Origin: Octopus sinensis
Lineage: Eukaryota
Reading direction: 5' to 3'
DNA: 64,000 bases
Assembly: GCF_006345805.1 (NCBI RefSeq)
Contig: NC_043019.1
Span: 17,917,360 to 17,981,359 of the forward strand
How positions within the stretch are numbered: the first letter of the stretch is position 1; the number at the start of each line of letters is the position of its first letter. The notes beneath the pieces are model-generated. The model worked only from the letters and a program-made list of their open reading frames with translations. It was not told where the DNA came from and made no database searches. Position numbers and translations under genes: made by a program. This document shows positions 1 through 13,292 of the stretch, piece by piece.

Positions 1-378
1 TTCAGCCATTTGACTGTGGTCATGCTGGAGCACCACCTTTAGTCAAAGAAATCGACCACAGGACTTATTCTTTGTAAGCCTAGTACTTCTTATTCTGTCA
101 GTCTTTTTTTGCCAAACCACTAAGTTACATGGACATAAATACACCAGCATCGGTTGTCAAGAGATGAGGATGGGGGACAAACACACACACACACACACAA
201 ATATATATATATATACACGATGGGCTTCTTTCAGTTTCTGTTTACCAAATCCTTTCACAAGGGTTTGGTCGACCTGAAGACATAGTAGAAGACACTTGCC
301 CAAGGTGCCATGCAGTGGGACTGAACCCAAAACCATGCAGTTGGAAAGCAAGCTTCTTATCACACAGCCATGCTTGCA
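1..378 (-). mobile_element. SINE family A
   Basis: Same body and head as 57975-58385. Confidence 0.8.
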
Positions 379-702
379 TCTGTTATTTATGAAATTTAAT
401 AAATTTTTAAACTTTATTCTCTATTTTTTTTCTTTAATGTCAGATATATCTTTTTTTAAAAAATATATCTGATTTTGAAAACATAATTTAATGTTTAATG
501 AGTCCTTTTCATTTAATTGTTTTGACTGAATTATTTGCAAGTTTATATTTTCTCCCAAACACAAATTTCTCTTACACAAACCCTAGCCTCTTCCCCCCCC
601 ACCCCACCCCACACACACACATGCACAAATCAGCAGCATAAAACCTAAAGATTATTCAATATATACACCATACACACCTCAGATTCACTTCATAACAAGA
701 CA

Positions 703-747
<45 letters not shown>

Positions 748-1177
748 TTTATATGTGTGGTGTGTGTGTGCATGTATATGGATTGGTGGTGTAATGATGA
801 TGCCCTGTTGATCTGAAGAGCCAGCCTTTTCTACTCCATTAATTTGTGAATATACAACTGTACTGCATAATGCATAGCATGCATATTAGTGCAAACATGT
901 AGACATTATTTATTATACACTGAAATTATTATTAGAGGAAGAAGGCTGCAAAACAGCTGTAATCCAAAGGATGACAAGTAATTAAATAAGTATATTCATC
1001 TCTTGTACTTCCTAACAATTTATGGTATATATATATATACATACATACATACATACATACATACACATATATGAGTGTGTGTGTGTGTATGTGTATATAA
1101 ATATATATATATATATATATTCACATATATATATGTATGTATATATATATGTGTGTGTGTGTATACATATATATCTC

Positions 1178-1227
<50 letters not shown>

Positions 1228-2489
1228 ATACACACACATATACATACAAACATATTTTAGTACATGCCTTTACTAATTTCTTTTTTGGGTGTAATAATTT
1301 GTTCTTAATAAAACACACACACACACACGCACACACACACATACGTTGTTTCCCTTTCCTCCCAATTTCTACCAGTTTCTCTTTTAAAGTTTCATCACTT
1401 TATGTCATTTTTATCGACCATGACATTCTGCAAAATATGAAACGACGCTCATAAAATGCAACGAAATACAATTTTTAGGAGAAACAATAATTATTGTCGC
1501 GTTTGTCGACGTGTTTCGGATTGTGATTTTGACAAAAGTACAACGAAGGCAAAATATGCAAATACATAAATATGAGGATTTGTGTTTTGTTTACACGCAA
1601 CACACATATATATTATAGATGTACGTAATTCTTTGTGTATGTATATATAAATGTATGCATGTATGTATATTTATATATATATTTATATACATATACACAC
1701 ACATTTACATATACATATACATTTATATATATATATATGTATGTATATATGCATATATATACTTTCATATATATGAATCAAATGAAATAAAATAAAAAAA
1801 CAGGACACAAAGGATGTCGCGGTACACTGAATTTATTGTACCTACTTTCATATATACATACATACTTGCATGTGTATATATATATACATACATACATCTA
1901 TATATCTATATATATATATATACACACACATATACATACATACATCTATATATCTATATATATATATACACACACACATACATACACACATATATATATA
2001 TACATGCTTATATATATGTATGTATGTATATGTGTGTGTGTATTATATGCATATTTCTAGTATGTACCCTTATCAAGACATGACATGATGGTTATAAATA
2101 AGCATCATCATCACCATCATCATCACCATCATCATCATCATCATCATCATCATATAAATGAGGCTTGAAGTGAGATGTGTGTGTGTGTGCGCAAGTGACC
2201 TAACCTCGAAACCTGACAGTGGAAGCAAACGCTTTCGAAATATGCAAAACCAATCATTTCTGCTTCTTGGCTTCTTTGCTCTGTTTTAAATCCCTCATTT
2301 CTTCCTCACCCTTCTCTCATTCCAAATTCATCTTCTCCTTTCTCTCCATAACACTCTACCATTCCTCATTGTCTCTCCATCTGTTTGTCTCTCTCTCTCT
2401 CTCTCTCTCCTGTTTCATCAGGGCTCAGCAAATGGTACTATACCAAAAATTACTCTAACGAAGGTAGCATGGAAAATAATGATAATAAT

Positions 2490-2813
2490 CCTTTCTCTAG
2501 GGGGACGGGCTAAGTCGGTGTTACATCGACCCTAGTACTCAACTGGTACTTATTTTATCGACCCCAAAAGGATGAAAGGCTAAGTCAACCTCGGTGGAAT
2601 TTGAACTCTGAACATGAAGACAGATGAAATGCTGCCAAGCATTTTGCCCAGCGTGCTAACCATTCTGCCATCTCACCACCTTCAAGAAGAAGAAGAACAA
2701 CAACAACAGGGATAATAATAATAATAACAATCATCATCATCATCATCATGCCAGAATCTTCCAACCTTAAATTCATTTCAAGTACAGTACTTTTTACTGA
2801 GCTCTGATTGAAT

Positions 2814-2853
<40 letters not shown>

Positions 2854-3034
2854 TAGATATATAGAGGGCTAGAGAGAAAAAGAGTGAAAGAGAGAGAAGA
2901 AATGAGAGAGATATAGAGCAATAAACTGTTAGAAAAAAAAAAGAGAAGAGTGGAGGCAACACACCATGTGTGTCATATGCCATCATCATCATCATCATCA
3001 TCACCTTTATTCCCTCCTCCTCCTTCTCCTCTTT

Positions 3035-3065
<31 letters not shown>

Positions 3066-3599
3066 CAGCATTCAAAAAATTCTTTTTCAAGAAAAAGGTA
3101 AGAAAAAGTAATTAAAGCAACAAACAGACACAAGAAAGAAAACCCATCAAACAAACCATCAAACAAACCATCAAACAAACCATCAAACAAACCATCAAAC
3201 AAATAACTGACTTGAAGCAACACCAAATATGGGGGGGAAAGAAGCAATAAGGGGAGGTGGGTGAGGTTGCAAGGCCATGAGGGAGTCTACAGACATCAGC
3301 ATCAACACCTAGAACATATGTATTCTTTTATATGGGGGGTGGGGGTGGGTTGATGGAATAAATACATAACTGCTCCTTATTCTATTGATCCTGGAAGGAT
3401 GAAAGGTAAAGAGGTCCTTAGCAGGATTTGAACTCACAGTGTAACTATCATATTTCATACCATATCAGATGTACTTTTTTTTACTAGAAAAACATCTCAA
3501 AGGATCATCCTGGGTCCCTTATGCAAAGTGAGGTCACCCTAACCCTAATTTCATCCCTAATCCTCACTATTTTAGGCTAATTTTACTTCATCTGTCTCC

Positions 3600-3647
<48 letters not shown>

Positions 3648-4870
3648 TCAGTTTCAGATGTTAGTACAAGAGTAGCTATTTCAGGGAAGGGGGGGGGTAG
3701 TCTATTAAGTCAACCCTAGTATTTAACTGGTACTTATTTTATCAACTCTGAAAGGATGAACAGCAAAGTAAACCATGGTGGAATTTGAACTCAGAACTTG
3801 AAGAAGGGCAAAATACTTCTAAATATTTGACCTGATATGCTAACAATTCTGCCAGCTCACTGCTTCCATTATGATAATATTTTCATAAACATTCTCATTA
3901 ATATTGTTATTACTACTACTACTGCTACTGCTACTTAAACTGTAAAAGGAACATGTTTTGTTTCTCTAATCATGTCGGGGGGGGGGGAGGTTCCTATCAT
4001 GCTTCTTTGCTTTTCGTTCAGTTTTACAGCTTCAAATAGCCACAAATATTTCCTGCTCTTGTTAAGGTATTTCTTCAACGTTTCATGCCAGACGACTTGG
4101 AATATTACATACTTTAATGCTGTTGAATTGGGGAAGCAGCTAACATACACCCATGAGTCTTTGGTGCCATTAAACATGGTAAATGCTGCCGAGCAGTTCA
4201 GAAGATGTTGGCTGAATAAGGGTGGAAAGCATTTTGTTTGGCACCCCAACTGTTCCTCATAATCCCACATATTTATAACTCGAATCCTTTCTAAAACAGG
4301 GCCAAGCCATGAATTTAGAAGGAAGGGCTAATGAATTTAATCAACCCCAGTATTTCCGATACAATATTTTATGAGGCCTGGAAGGGTGAAAGGCAATGTT
4401 AACCATAACAGAACTTGAACTCAGAATGTCAAGATTCTCAACTAAATACTACAATGGGTTATTTAGTCCCTTTCGACTATAGGTGAGAGGGTGGTTAATT
4501 ACGTTCACTCCAGTTTATTTATTTCATTGACCCCTGAAAGATGAAAGGTATGTCAACCTCAGTGGAATTTGAACTCAGAATGTGAAGACAGCCAAAATGC
4601 CACAAAGCATCCTCTTTGGCATTCTAATGATTCTGTCAGATCCCTGCTCTCCTAATCATAACACAATGCCAGTAATTTTTAGGGAAGTGATTAGTTGATT
4701 GCGCCAACCCCTGGCGGTCAACTGGTACTTATTTCATTGACTCCAGAAAGGAAGAAAGGCAAAGTCAACCTTGGTGGTGTTTGAACCCAGAATGTAAAGA
4801 CAAGAAATGTCCCTAAGCATTTCACCTAGCGTGCTAACAATGTTGCCAGCTCGCTGCCCTCCTAATTATA
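2490..4870 (-). mobile_element. Cluster of about six SINE family B copies, all on the minus strand
   Basis: Repeated ggatgaaaggc..aacct..ggaatttgaactcag cores near 2560, 3395, 3750, 4380, 4540 and 4750. Confidence 0.75.
3141..3203 (+). repeat. 12-bp tandem repeat (caaacaaaccat) x about 5
   Basis: Direct reading. Confidence 0.85.
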
Positions 4871-5185
4871 ACGATAATAATTATAATTATAAAGAATGTT
4901 GGGTATGAAGGAGCAGGTGGTGTAGGTAGTTGGTGTGGTGGGTGTGAGGTATCCACTGGTGCAGTTAGGGGTAACAGTTAGGTAGCAGGAGAGGTGTTTG
5001 GCAGTGCAGCGTGCTGTGCAGTAACTACGCTGGACATCGTTTGACTCATACAGCCACTTACTGTCTGGTAGAGATGTTTCTCGCGTCGACTGCATGTCAG
5101 CATCCCTGTATAGCTCCTTGCTTCTTTCTTTCATGCTGACAAAACGATGGAACGGAGGCGAGGCTTCACATTCTCTGCGATTCGC
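4862..5185 (-). CDS. Probable terminal coding exon ANRRECEASPPFHRFVSMKERSKEL...YRYN*
   Basis: Long pyrimidine tract plus cAG at 5187-5186, phase 0; stop at 4862. An internal GTAAGT at 5061 could instead be a donor, so the 3' end is uncertain. Confidence 0.65.
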   Translation of the reverse strand, partial: ANRRECEASPPFHRFVSMKERSKELYRDADMQSTRETSLPDSKWLYESNDVQRSYCTARCTAKHLSCYLTVTPNCTSGYLTPTTPTTYTTCSFIPNILYNYNYYRYN

Positions 5186-5374
5186 CTGAACGAATGATGG
5201 AGACGAAAGTGAATGAAAAGAGAAGAAAAAGCCCAGAAAAAAAAAGAAAGAGAAAACAGGTGAGAAAAAGAAAGAAAGAAAGAAAATTAGGAAAAATTTC
5301 ACAAATTTGTTTTTGTTTTTTTTTGTGTCTGTCTGTCTGCTTATTGATTTTCTTTTATTTTTCACTTGTCTCAG

Positions 5375-5585
5375 TCACCGGACTGTGGCCACACTGGAGC
5401 ATCACGTTGAAGGGTTTTAGTAAAAAAAAATCAACCTCAGAACTTAAGTATTTTTTAAAAATCTGGCGCTTAGTTTATTGGCTTTTTTTTTTGCCAAACT
5501 GCTAAGTTACAGGAGGATGTAAACAAACCAACAATGGTAGGTGGGCTAACACACACACACATACATGTGCACACACATATGCATG

Positions 5586-5616
<31 letters not shown>

Positions 5617-5778
5617 TTATATGATGACCTTCATTCAGTTTCTGTTTACCAAATTCATTCCCAAAGCTTTGGTTGGCCCAGGGCTACAGCAGAAGACACT
5701 TGCCCAAGTTTCTGCACTGTGAGACTGAACCTGAGGCCTCTTGGTTGCAAAACCAGCTTCTTAACCACACAGCCATAC
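5375..5778 (-). mobile_element. SINE family A
   Basis: Same motifs (gacacttgcccaag, gactgaacc, cttaaccacacagcc). Confidence 0.8.
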
Positions 5779-6176
5779 TTTTAACAAGTCTGTAACTCTA
5801 TGTTTTTTCATCATGGTTTACAAACTTGAATGAATTGTTGTTTAACCCCTGGTCAACCAAGATCACAAAGACCTTGATCTCACTTAACCTGAGATTAAAA
5901 CATTCCCATTATGACCATCACCTAATATTTTTTCAGCCACTGTGCATCCAGAATTACAGTGTCCAGTTTGTCTGTTCATGTTTTAGGATGATAGAGTGGT
6001 AATTTGAGGAAGAAATGGCTGCTATTTCTGGCAGGTTGGACAACCATGTACCGGATCCACCATTGGCTAATCAATTGTCTTGTTTTAATTTGTATTTGTT
6101 GTTGTTAAAAATATTTTTGCTGTTCTTTATTTCACATTTGTTTTCTTTAATTTTGGTGTTTGTATGTATATGTCTG

Positions 6177-6244
<68 letters not shown>

Positions 6245-7019
6245 CATACAAACATACATACATATATATAAACACACATATATATAACTACTTTTGTATA
6301 TATGTGTGTGTGTGTATGTATGTGTATCTATATATACATATATTATATATATATATATATAATATATATATACATACATGCACACACACAAAGCATGGCT
6401 ATGTGATATCTTGGGCAAGTATCTCCTACTTTAGACCCCTGCTGACTTAAGTTGTATCAGTGAGTTTGGTACATGGAAACTGAAAGAAGCCTATTGTGTG
6501 TGTATGTGTGAGGTTTGTATACATGTATATGTGTGTGTGTGGAGGGGGCGTGCTCTTGCCTTCACACCGCATGGTGGTTGTAAATAAATATTGTTAGTTT
6601 CCAGTCTTCCATGGAAAAATAAGTCTGGCCAAGGGGACATATTAGCTTACTTAGAAATAGGTGAGGGTTGATGACAGGAAGGGCCATAGAAAATCTGCCC
6701 CTTTTGTCTGAGCCATGCAGGCATGAAAACGGGCATTGAAATGATGAGCATGTATCTGTGTGCGTATATATATGAACGTGTGTATATGTATGTATAAGCT
6801 AAATGATTAACAGATTGAGTTTGACTGAAAATTCTATGCAAGTAGAGGAAGACAGTGTATGATGATGATGATGATGGTGGTGGTGGTTGGTGTGGGGTGG
6901 AGGAGGAATGAAATATGTCGAAGCACTCATTACATCCTGTTAGCAATGTAGTGACTTGTATGTAGTCTGATCCCTTGACATGGGCGGGGGGCGGGGGGAA
7001 GCAATTTGGTCCCACGGCA

Positions 7020-7230
7020 GCTTCGTATACGAAAACAGATTCATATTTGTCAGACAATGTTTACTTAAGGATAAGTCACACCATTTCAGAATCGGTTTTA
7101 ACTAAAAAAAGAAAAAGGTCGGGGGGTGTTTTATATACGGGGCAAAGTGGAAACTATGAGGGGGAATAAAATTGTTCCCAGATTTAACATTAAATTTGGG
7201 GTGTGACTTTTATAGAAGTAAATATAGTGT
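7020..7230. mobile_element. pogo/Tigger-like MITE remnant
   Basis: gggtgtgacttttatagaagtaaatatagt and ggggtgttttatatacgggg resemble the ggggtcgacttatacacgagta..tacggta termini of such elements. Confidence 0.35.
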
Positions 7231-7632
7231 AAATAAATGTGGAGAAAAAGAGAGATGAATGGATGGATGAATTGTAGGAGAGAAAAATATGATTGTGGAC
7301 AAGAGACACCAAATGAAGTGCAGACATTGAGAAATCAAGTGACAATCAAGTAGAAAGACAATCAGATTGTCAGTGAAACAGGTGAAATATGGTTTGTCTC
7401 AGACTGTCAGGTAAAAAGCCAGACAAATTAGAAGACTGATGACGAGATAGAGGGAGAGAGAGAGAAAGAGACAGAGAGAGAGCAAGAGGCCTTCAGTGTT
7501 CACCGTTGCCACGACAACTGCTGCCAACACAGCCATGGTGGCTACTGTTGCCAACAGCATCACCGTCAACACCAACATCAACAAGAACAACAACAAGACC
7601 AACAGCAACAGCAGCATTGCTGCGTAACCCAC

Positions 7633-7845
7633 CACTCGTGGTCTTTGCTCTGTTCCTCCATGATACGTGTTCCACCGTTTCAGCTGCGATGTGCGTCTCG
7701 CCTCTTGGAACTGGTACAACTCTGACTCTCGCCGTGTAATGTCTGCCTGCAGCAGGAGGTTGTTCACTTCCTGCAGAAGCAGCTGCCTCTTCATCTCCAT
7801 GATTTCCTTGTTACGCTCCAGATGACTCAAGCGCAGGTTATTCAT
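7633..7845 (-). CDS. Exon (213 nt), coiled coil MNNLRLSHLERNKEIMEMKRQLLLQEVNNLLLQADITRRESELYQFQEARR...
   Basis: ttcacAG acceptor, phase 0 at both ends, GTGGGT donor at 7632; heptad-like, GC-rich coding composition. Confidence 0.85.
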
Positions 7846-8178
7846 CTGTGAACAAAAGAAAGAGGGAAAGAAACTTATTTTCCAACATAAAAACAAAAGG
7901 TTATAAAATATATTTTGCGGAGGAGATTGCAATATTGTTTGTCAATTATAATATCAGAGTTGTCTCCCTTGGTATCTCGTGCTGAAGGGAAGTAACCCGT
8001 TTGAAATGTATCCACCCGTCCAACAGAGGGCGTTCTGAACTGACTGTTGTAACATCCTTTTGTCTTAAGGGAGAATGTTTTCTCCACATTACACATTATG
8101 GTGTAAAAACTTTGCAGACACAAATATTGCTCAAACACATTTGATCCAGTATTTAGTTGAAATATATATATATATATA

Positions 8179-8582
8179 GGCGTAGGAGTGGCTGTGTGGT
8201 AAGTAGCTTGCTAACCAGCCACACGGTTCCGGGTTCAGTCCCACTGTGCGGCATCTTCGGCAAGTGTCTTTTGCTATAGCCTCGGGCCAACCAAAGCCTT
8301 GTGAGTGGATTTGGTAGACGGAAACTGAAAGAAGCCTGTCGTATATATGTATATATATATATGTATGTGTGTGTGTATGTTTGTGTTTGTCCCCCTAGCA
8401 TTGCTTGACAAGCGATGCTGGTGTGTTTACGTCCCCGTCACTTAGCGGTTCGGCAAAAGAGACTGATAGAATAAGTAATGGGCTTACAAAGAATAAGTCC
8501 CGGGGTCAATTTGCTCGACTAAAAAGGCGGTGCTCCAGCATGGCCGCAGTTAAATGACTGAAACAAGTAAAAGAGTAAAAGA
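8179..8582 (+). mobile_element. Full-length tRNA-derived SINE (family A)
   Basis: A-box gtggctgtgtggtaag, B-box gggttcagtccc, internal (TA/TG)n, tail gctccagcatggccgcag..gtaaaagagtaaaaga. Confidence 0.85.
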
Positions 8583-8619
8583 TATATTATGCATGTGCAT
8601 GGGCAAGTTATATCTTTTA

Positions 8620-8849
8620 TATTTCACTTGTTTCAGTCATCAGACTGCGGCCATGCTGGGGCACTGCCTTGAAGAAATTTTTAGTCAAAGGAATTGGCTC
8701 TAGGATTTATTTCCTATCTAAGCCTGGTACTAATTCTGTCAGGCTCTTTTGGTTGAACAGCTAAGTTACTGGGATGTAAACACACCAACACACATTGTCA
8801 AACAGTGGTCAGGGAGAAACACAGATACAAAGACAAACACACACACACA

Positions 8850-8884
<35 letters not shown>

Positions 8885-9046
8885 GATAAACTTTTTTCAG
8901 TTTCTGACTCCCAAATCCACCCACAAGGGTTTAGTCAGCCTAATGCAATAGTAGAAGACACTTGCCCAAGGTGCCACCCGGTAGTGGGAGTGAACCAAGA
9001 ATCATGTGGTTAGGAAGCAAGCTTCTTATCACACAGTGACACCTAT
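8620..9046 (-). mobile_element. SINE family A, inverted relative to 8179-8582
   Basis: Reverse-complement similarity along its whole length. Confidence 0.8.
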
Positions 9047-9227
9047 GTCAAAAAAAGGCATAAATCAAAAAATTAGTACCCAGACCAGACTTGGCACTGA
9101 AAATCCAACAAAATGAACAAAGGGAGGCAGAATCGAAGTAAACAAGAATTGGCCACAGGCAATGAAATAGTCAAAGGTTCAGCTAATGAAAGTGCAATAA
9201 AATATCAGATAGACAGTCGTTAATGGC

Positions 9228-9820
9228 ATTATTACCTCCGTCTTAGCGAAGGCGGGGGTATTGTTTTCAGTCATGTTTGTTCGTTTGTCTGTGGACAAGA
9301 TATCTCAAGAACTGCCAAATGAATTCAAATGAAACTTTCAGAGATGTTTGGCCTTATGACTGGCACAAACTGATTAGATTTTGGGATCGATCCTGTACCG
9401 GACAAGGATTCTGGATTATTTTTTGTTATATTTACTTTACTTTACATGATTACGATCTTAAGTTAACTTTCAAGTCTTTCTCAATTATCTCCCTTTAGGC
9501 TGTAACTATTTGGAATGGTGAATTTGTTGACTTTGGCTTATATTAGATAAGGATAAATTATTTATTAGTGTTACTAAATTTCCTACAACCACAACTACCA
9601 TCGATCAGGTACTGGACAAGGAGTCTGGATTATTTTTCCGTTTTTTTTTGTTTTTTTTACTTAATTTTTGAGATCGGTCAGGTTCGTTTTTAGTGTTCCC
9701 ATTTGTGAGCAGTTGAGTTTATTTTAGATATTCTCATTTTAAAAATCATCTCTGACTAATCGTTGAAAGGACGTTGGTGTTGCCTTGGTGGAGGTTTGCA
9801 CTCTCTGAGTGCTCATGTTA
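9228..9820 (+). mobile_element. Helentron-type non-autonomous element (HINE/DINE-like)
   Basis: 5' attacctccgtc.. and 3' ccttggtggaggt subterminal inverted repeats; 3' palindrome gcactc-tct-gagtgc at 9798-9812; internal direct repeat ggacaagga(t/g)tctggattattttt. Confidence 0.65.
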
Positions 9821-9822
9821 TT

Positions 9823-9881
9823 ATAACCGAAGAGATGGTGTTGTGGATTTCCACTTCAGCATCTGAAACTCAGAGTTTTAT
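9823..9881 (+). ncRNA. Degenerate hammerhead fold at the start of a probable PLE remnant (about 9822-9985)
   Basis: ataa-CCGAAGA-gatg...catc-t-GAAA-ctc a gag-TT-ttat; one core substitution and one extra T. Confidence 0.45.
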
Positions 9882-10002
9882 CTTGACTACTGAGTAATTG
9901 TAACATTATTTTATAGATAAATTTCCTCTATTTACATAATATTGAGGTCTCTTTCTTTCTTTTGTTATCTTACCGTTTTTACCAATATATACACACACAC
10001 AG

Positions 10003-10053
<51 letters not shown>

Positions 10054-10222
10054 GATTCTATACAGCATTATAGATCAGTTTCAGCCTTTCTTAGTAATTA
10101 GTTTCACACTGGATATTAGGTAACCAGGCATTTGAGAGCAACATGGTTAAGTAACACCACAGTATTGACAAATTTATGAAGGCTTGTTTCTAATGACTTA
10201 TGGGTTCTTAGATGTCTTTATT

Positions 10223-10378
<156 letters not shown>

Positions 10379-10402
10379 CAAAAGATTCCCAGTAACACTT
10401 AC

Positions 10403-10479
10403 CTGTATTTGCAACTGCATTGCGTGGCAGTAAAACTTTTCAAAATTGCTCAAGGCCGAAGACTTCTTAGAAACTTCTT
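10403..10479 (-). CDS. Exon (77 nt) EEVSKKSSALSNFEKFYCHAMQLQIQ
   Basis: tttgcAG acceptor, phase 1 in and phase 0 out, CAG|GTAAGT donor. Confidence 0.85.
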
Positions 10480-11289
10480 CTGCAAACAGAAAAACACAAA
10501 CAGTGATATTTGTGCGATCCAATATTCTTCAGTATTTCTTCTTCCATAAACATCTTTCTTCTACCGAGCAGAATAGAGTTTTCTAATAACCGTTAATGTG
10601 AGGCAGTATTTCCTGATGGCTACCCCCACCCCCTGCCCTGCACCTATTTCATCCCTGTACATTCTGAATACAAAGAAAGGAGTTAATTAAGTAAATGAAT
10701 TTGTCATTCCAAAACTAACATTTCAAAAATAACTTCAAACATTCTTTACTGATTTCATTTTCTACCCATTAGAATCGGTGCTGCTTTATTTTATGGAAGC
10801 AGACGAAGCATCTGAATCAAGAGGATTCTTGGTAAGAATGTCATACTGACAAGTTCCCAAGTTGCTCAAAACTTTGGCCCTCTCCCCAAATTGCAATACA
10901 ACTTTATTTTCTTTTTTTTCCTCAACTGGTTCTCCTTTATTCAAAATTATCCTGAAACAAATCAAAGATGGAAAAATCCACTGATAAAATTCAAATTGTA
11001 GCTGGACAAAGTCTTTCAAGAAATGTCAGGAAAACCACTTCTCCAGGTGGTACGATTAAGGGATACACAACCGGGGCCAACAAGAGTTGAAACCTAACAA
11101 AGATGTCTGGGATTTAGGATTTTAGTTGAATAATTTTTCTGCTATTTACCTAGGCTCATTCTTGGGTTCAGGAAAATTTCAAGAGATTCAGGTTTAGGGT
11201 TAAAGGTTCATTCAGTGAAATGTGAAAAGATCACACATACACACACACTCAATATAAAGGGAAAAAGATAAGTGTATATAAATGTATGT

Positions 11290-11354
<65 letters not shown>

Positions 11355-11512
11355 AGAGAGAAGTAAAGAGATAGACAGACAGACAGAAAGTATAAAAGTG
11401 TCTGGGTCTTTCATTATGGCCTCAATCCCTGAAAAAGATCACATACAATTTTTGCCCCCTTCAAAAAATTAATATGTGTGTGTGTGAGAAAAACAGACAT
11501 AATGGGATGGCA

Positions 11513-11801
11513 GAGAGAGAGAAAGAGAGAGAGAGGGAGAGAGAGAGAGAGGGAGAGAGAAAGAAAGCGAGAGAGAAAAGAGAGAGAGGAAGAGAGAGAG
11601 AAAGAGAAAGAAAGAGAGAGAAAAAAAGAGAGAGAGAAAGAGAGAGAAAGAAAGAGAGAGAAAAAGAGAGAGAGAGAGGAAGAGAAAGAAAGAGAAAGAG
11701 AGAGAGTAAGAGAGAGAGTAAGAGAGAGAGTAAGAGAGAGAGTAAGAGAGAGAGAGAGTTAGAGAGAGAGAGAGAGAGAGAGTAAGAGAGAGAGAGAGAG
11801 A
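11513..11801 (+). repeat. AG-rich compound microsatellite
   Basis: Direct reading; includes 12-mer agagagagagta units. Confidence 0.9.
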
Positions 11802-11823
11802 GGGTGTGTGTTTGTAGGAGTAC

Positions 11824-11926
11824 CTTCTTGAGAAGCCTTTGCCAGCATAAACTTCATCTGTTCCATCAGTTCCACGAGGCGAGAGCTGATGTTCTCTTCA
11901 CCCTCCATACTCAGTAACTTACACAT
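11824..11926 (-). CDS. Exon (103 nt) MCKLLSMEGEENISSRLVELMEQMKFMLAKASQE
   Basis: ttctacAG acceptor, phase 0 in and phase 1 out, AG|GTAC donor. Confidence 0.8.
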
Positions 11927-12846
11927 CTGTAGAACAAACACATTATACATTACATACTTATGAATATATAAAATACACATTGCACATCACTCACACGTGT
12001 CTATAGAACACATACATTACACATTTTCAGAACACATGCATTAAATATCTGTAAAAAACACATACATTACACTTATCTGGAACACATACATTGCAATCCA
12101 ACACATTTCTAAAGGTTATACATTCCCCACCCTTTATAATATACATGCATTACATGTTTGAACATGCATATTTCATGCCTGCAGAATATGTGCATTATAT
12201 ATTTCACATTTGAATAAGGTATCCTTGTAGAACAAATAAATGCCTTATATATATATATAAGTACCTGCAACCCCTTCCCTCTCAGTTATCCCAGTATGCT
12301 CTATGTGGGCGGTTTTTCTTTTTTTTCTTCTTCTTCTTCTTGTTTTTTCTTTTCTATGCTCCACAAAATTCCTTCAGCCTTTATAATTCTAACATAGCAG
12401 TTTTGTGAAATGAACAGAGGTGTGACAAGTATCTTATCATATATCAGGAAATTATACCCACCTTTTTATGGATTAATCATGGATGGATTCATCGTCTGTG
12501 ATTATGAAATATCTCCTCATATCTCCGGTAATTGCACCTACATTATGGATGGATTCACCTTTTCTGTGAAGCTAACAAGCTTTTTTAAAGCTTGTTATAA
12601 GACTGTGCATCATTAGAGAACTTTGGAAGTCTGCTTACAATCTAAATCTTGCTTTTTATAGAACTATCTTCGATACTTCATGAGTGTAGCCTCACCCACT
12701 AGGATGCTTGGAGAACTCATATGTGTTTTGGCTGATGAGTACAGGACACTTGTATTTGCTGCAATATTTGCAGCTTTTAATAAAGCTGTTCTTCGTATGA
12801 AACAATTGTACTGAAAAACTAATCCATTCTTGTTGCTTTTTTCTTG

Positions 12847-12886
<40 letters not shown>

Positions 12887-13292
12887 TTACACAGCTATAT
12901 AGTACATACATTACATCTTTGTACAATGCACACATTACACAGCTGTAAGTTGCATACATTGCATATGTTTAGGAAATCCTTATCTGCAGATCATATCAAT
13001 TATGTATTCTTAAAATAATGTATTTTCAACTTTTATGAAAAATATACATTGCATAACTGTAGAAAATACATATATACATCATTGTATACATAAATTCCAC
13101 ATTTTTGTAATACATACTACGCACCACAGTTGCATGCACATTATACCTATATAAACTATATGTATATATATATATATATATACATGATAAATAAATAATA
13201 TCAGGGTAATAAAAATTATAGAAATTTTTCCTACAAGTGGCCTAGCGTACAAGAAAATTAGTCAATAGATTATATATTATTCATATAAAATA

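Noticed and set aside
1490-1545. GAAAC-AC-GTC half of a hammerhead on the minus strand
   Set aside because: No CUGANGA core or stem II
3537-3560. CCCTAA telomere-like units (also near 31884)
   Set aside because: Only about two units; expected by chance
8179-8260. tRNA-like A and B boxes (here and in other SINE heads)
   Set aside because: SINE heads; no cloverleaf or acceptor stem, so not tRNA genes
10786-10951. Acceptor-like site with downstream open frame (IILNKGEPVEE...)
   Set aside because: Splicing from the phase-1 donor at 11823 gives an immediate TAA; no fit to the model
12730-12770. CTGATGA followed by a weak stem
   Set aside because: No GAAA element; not a hammerhead
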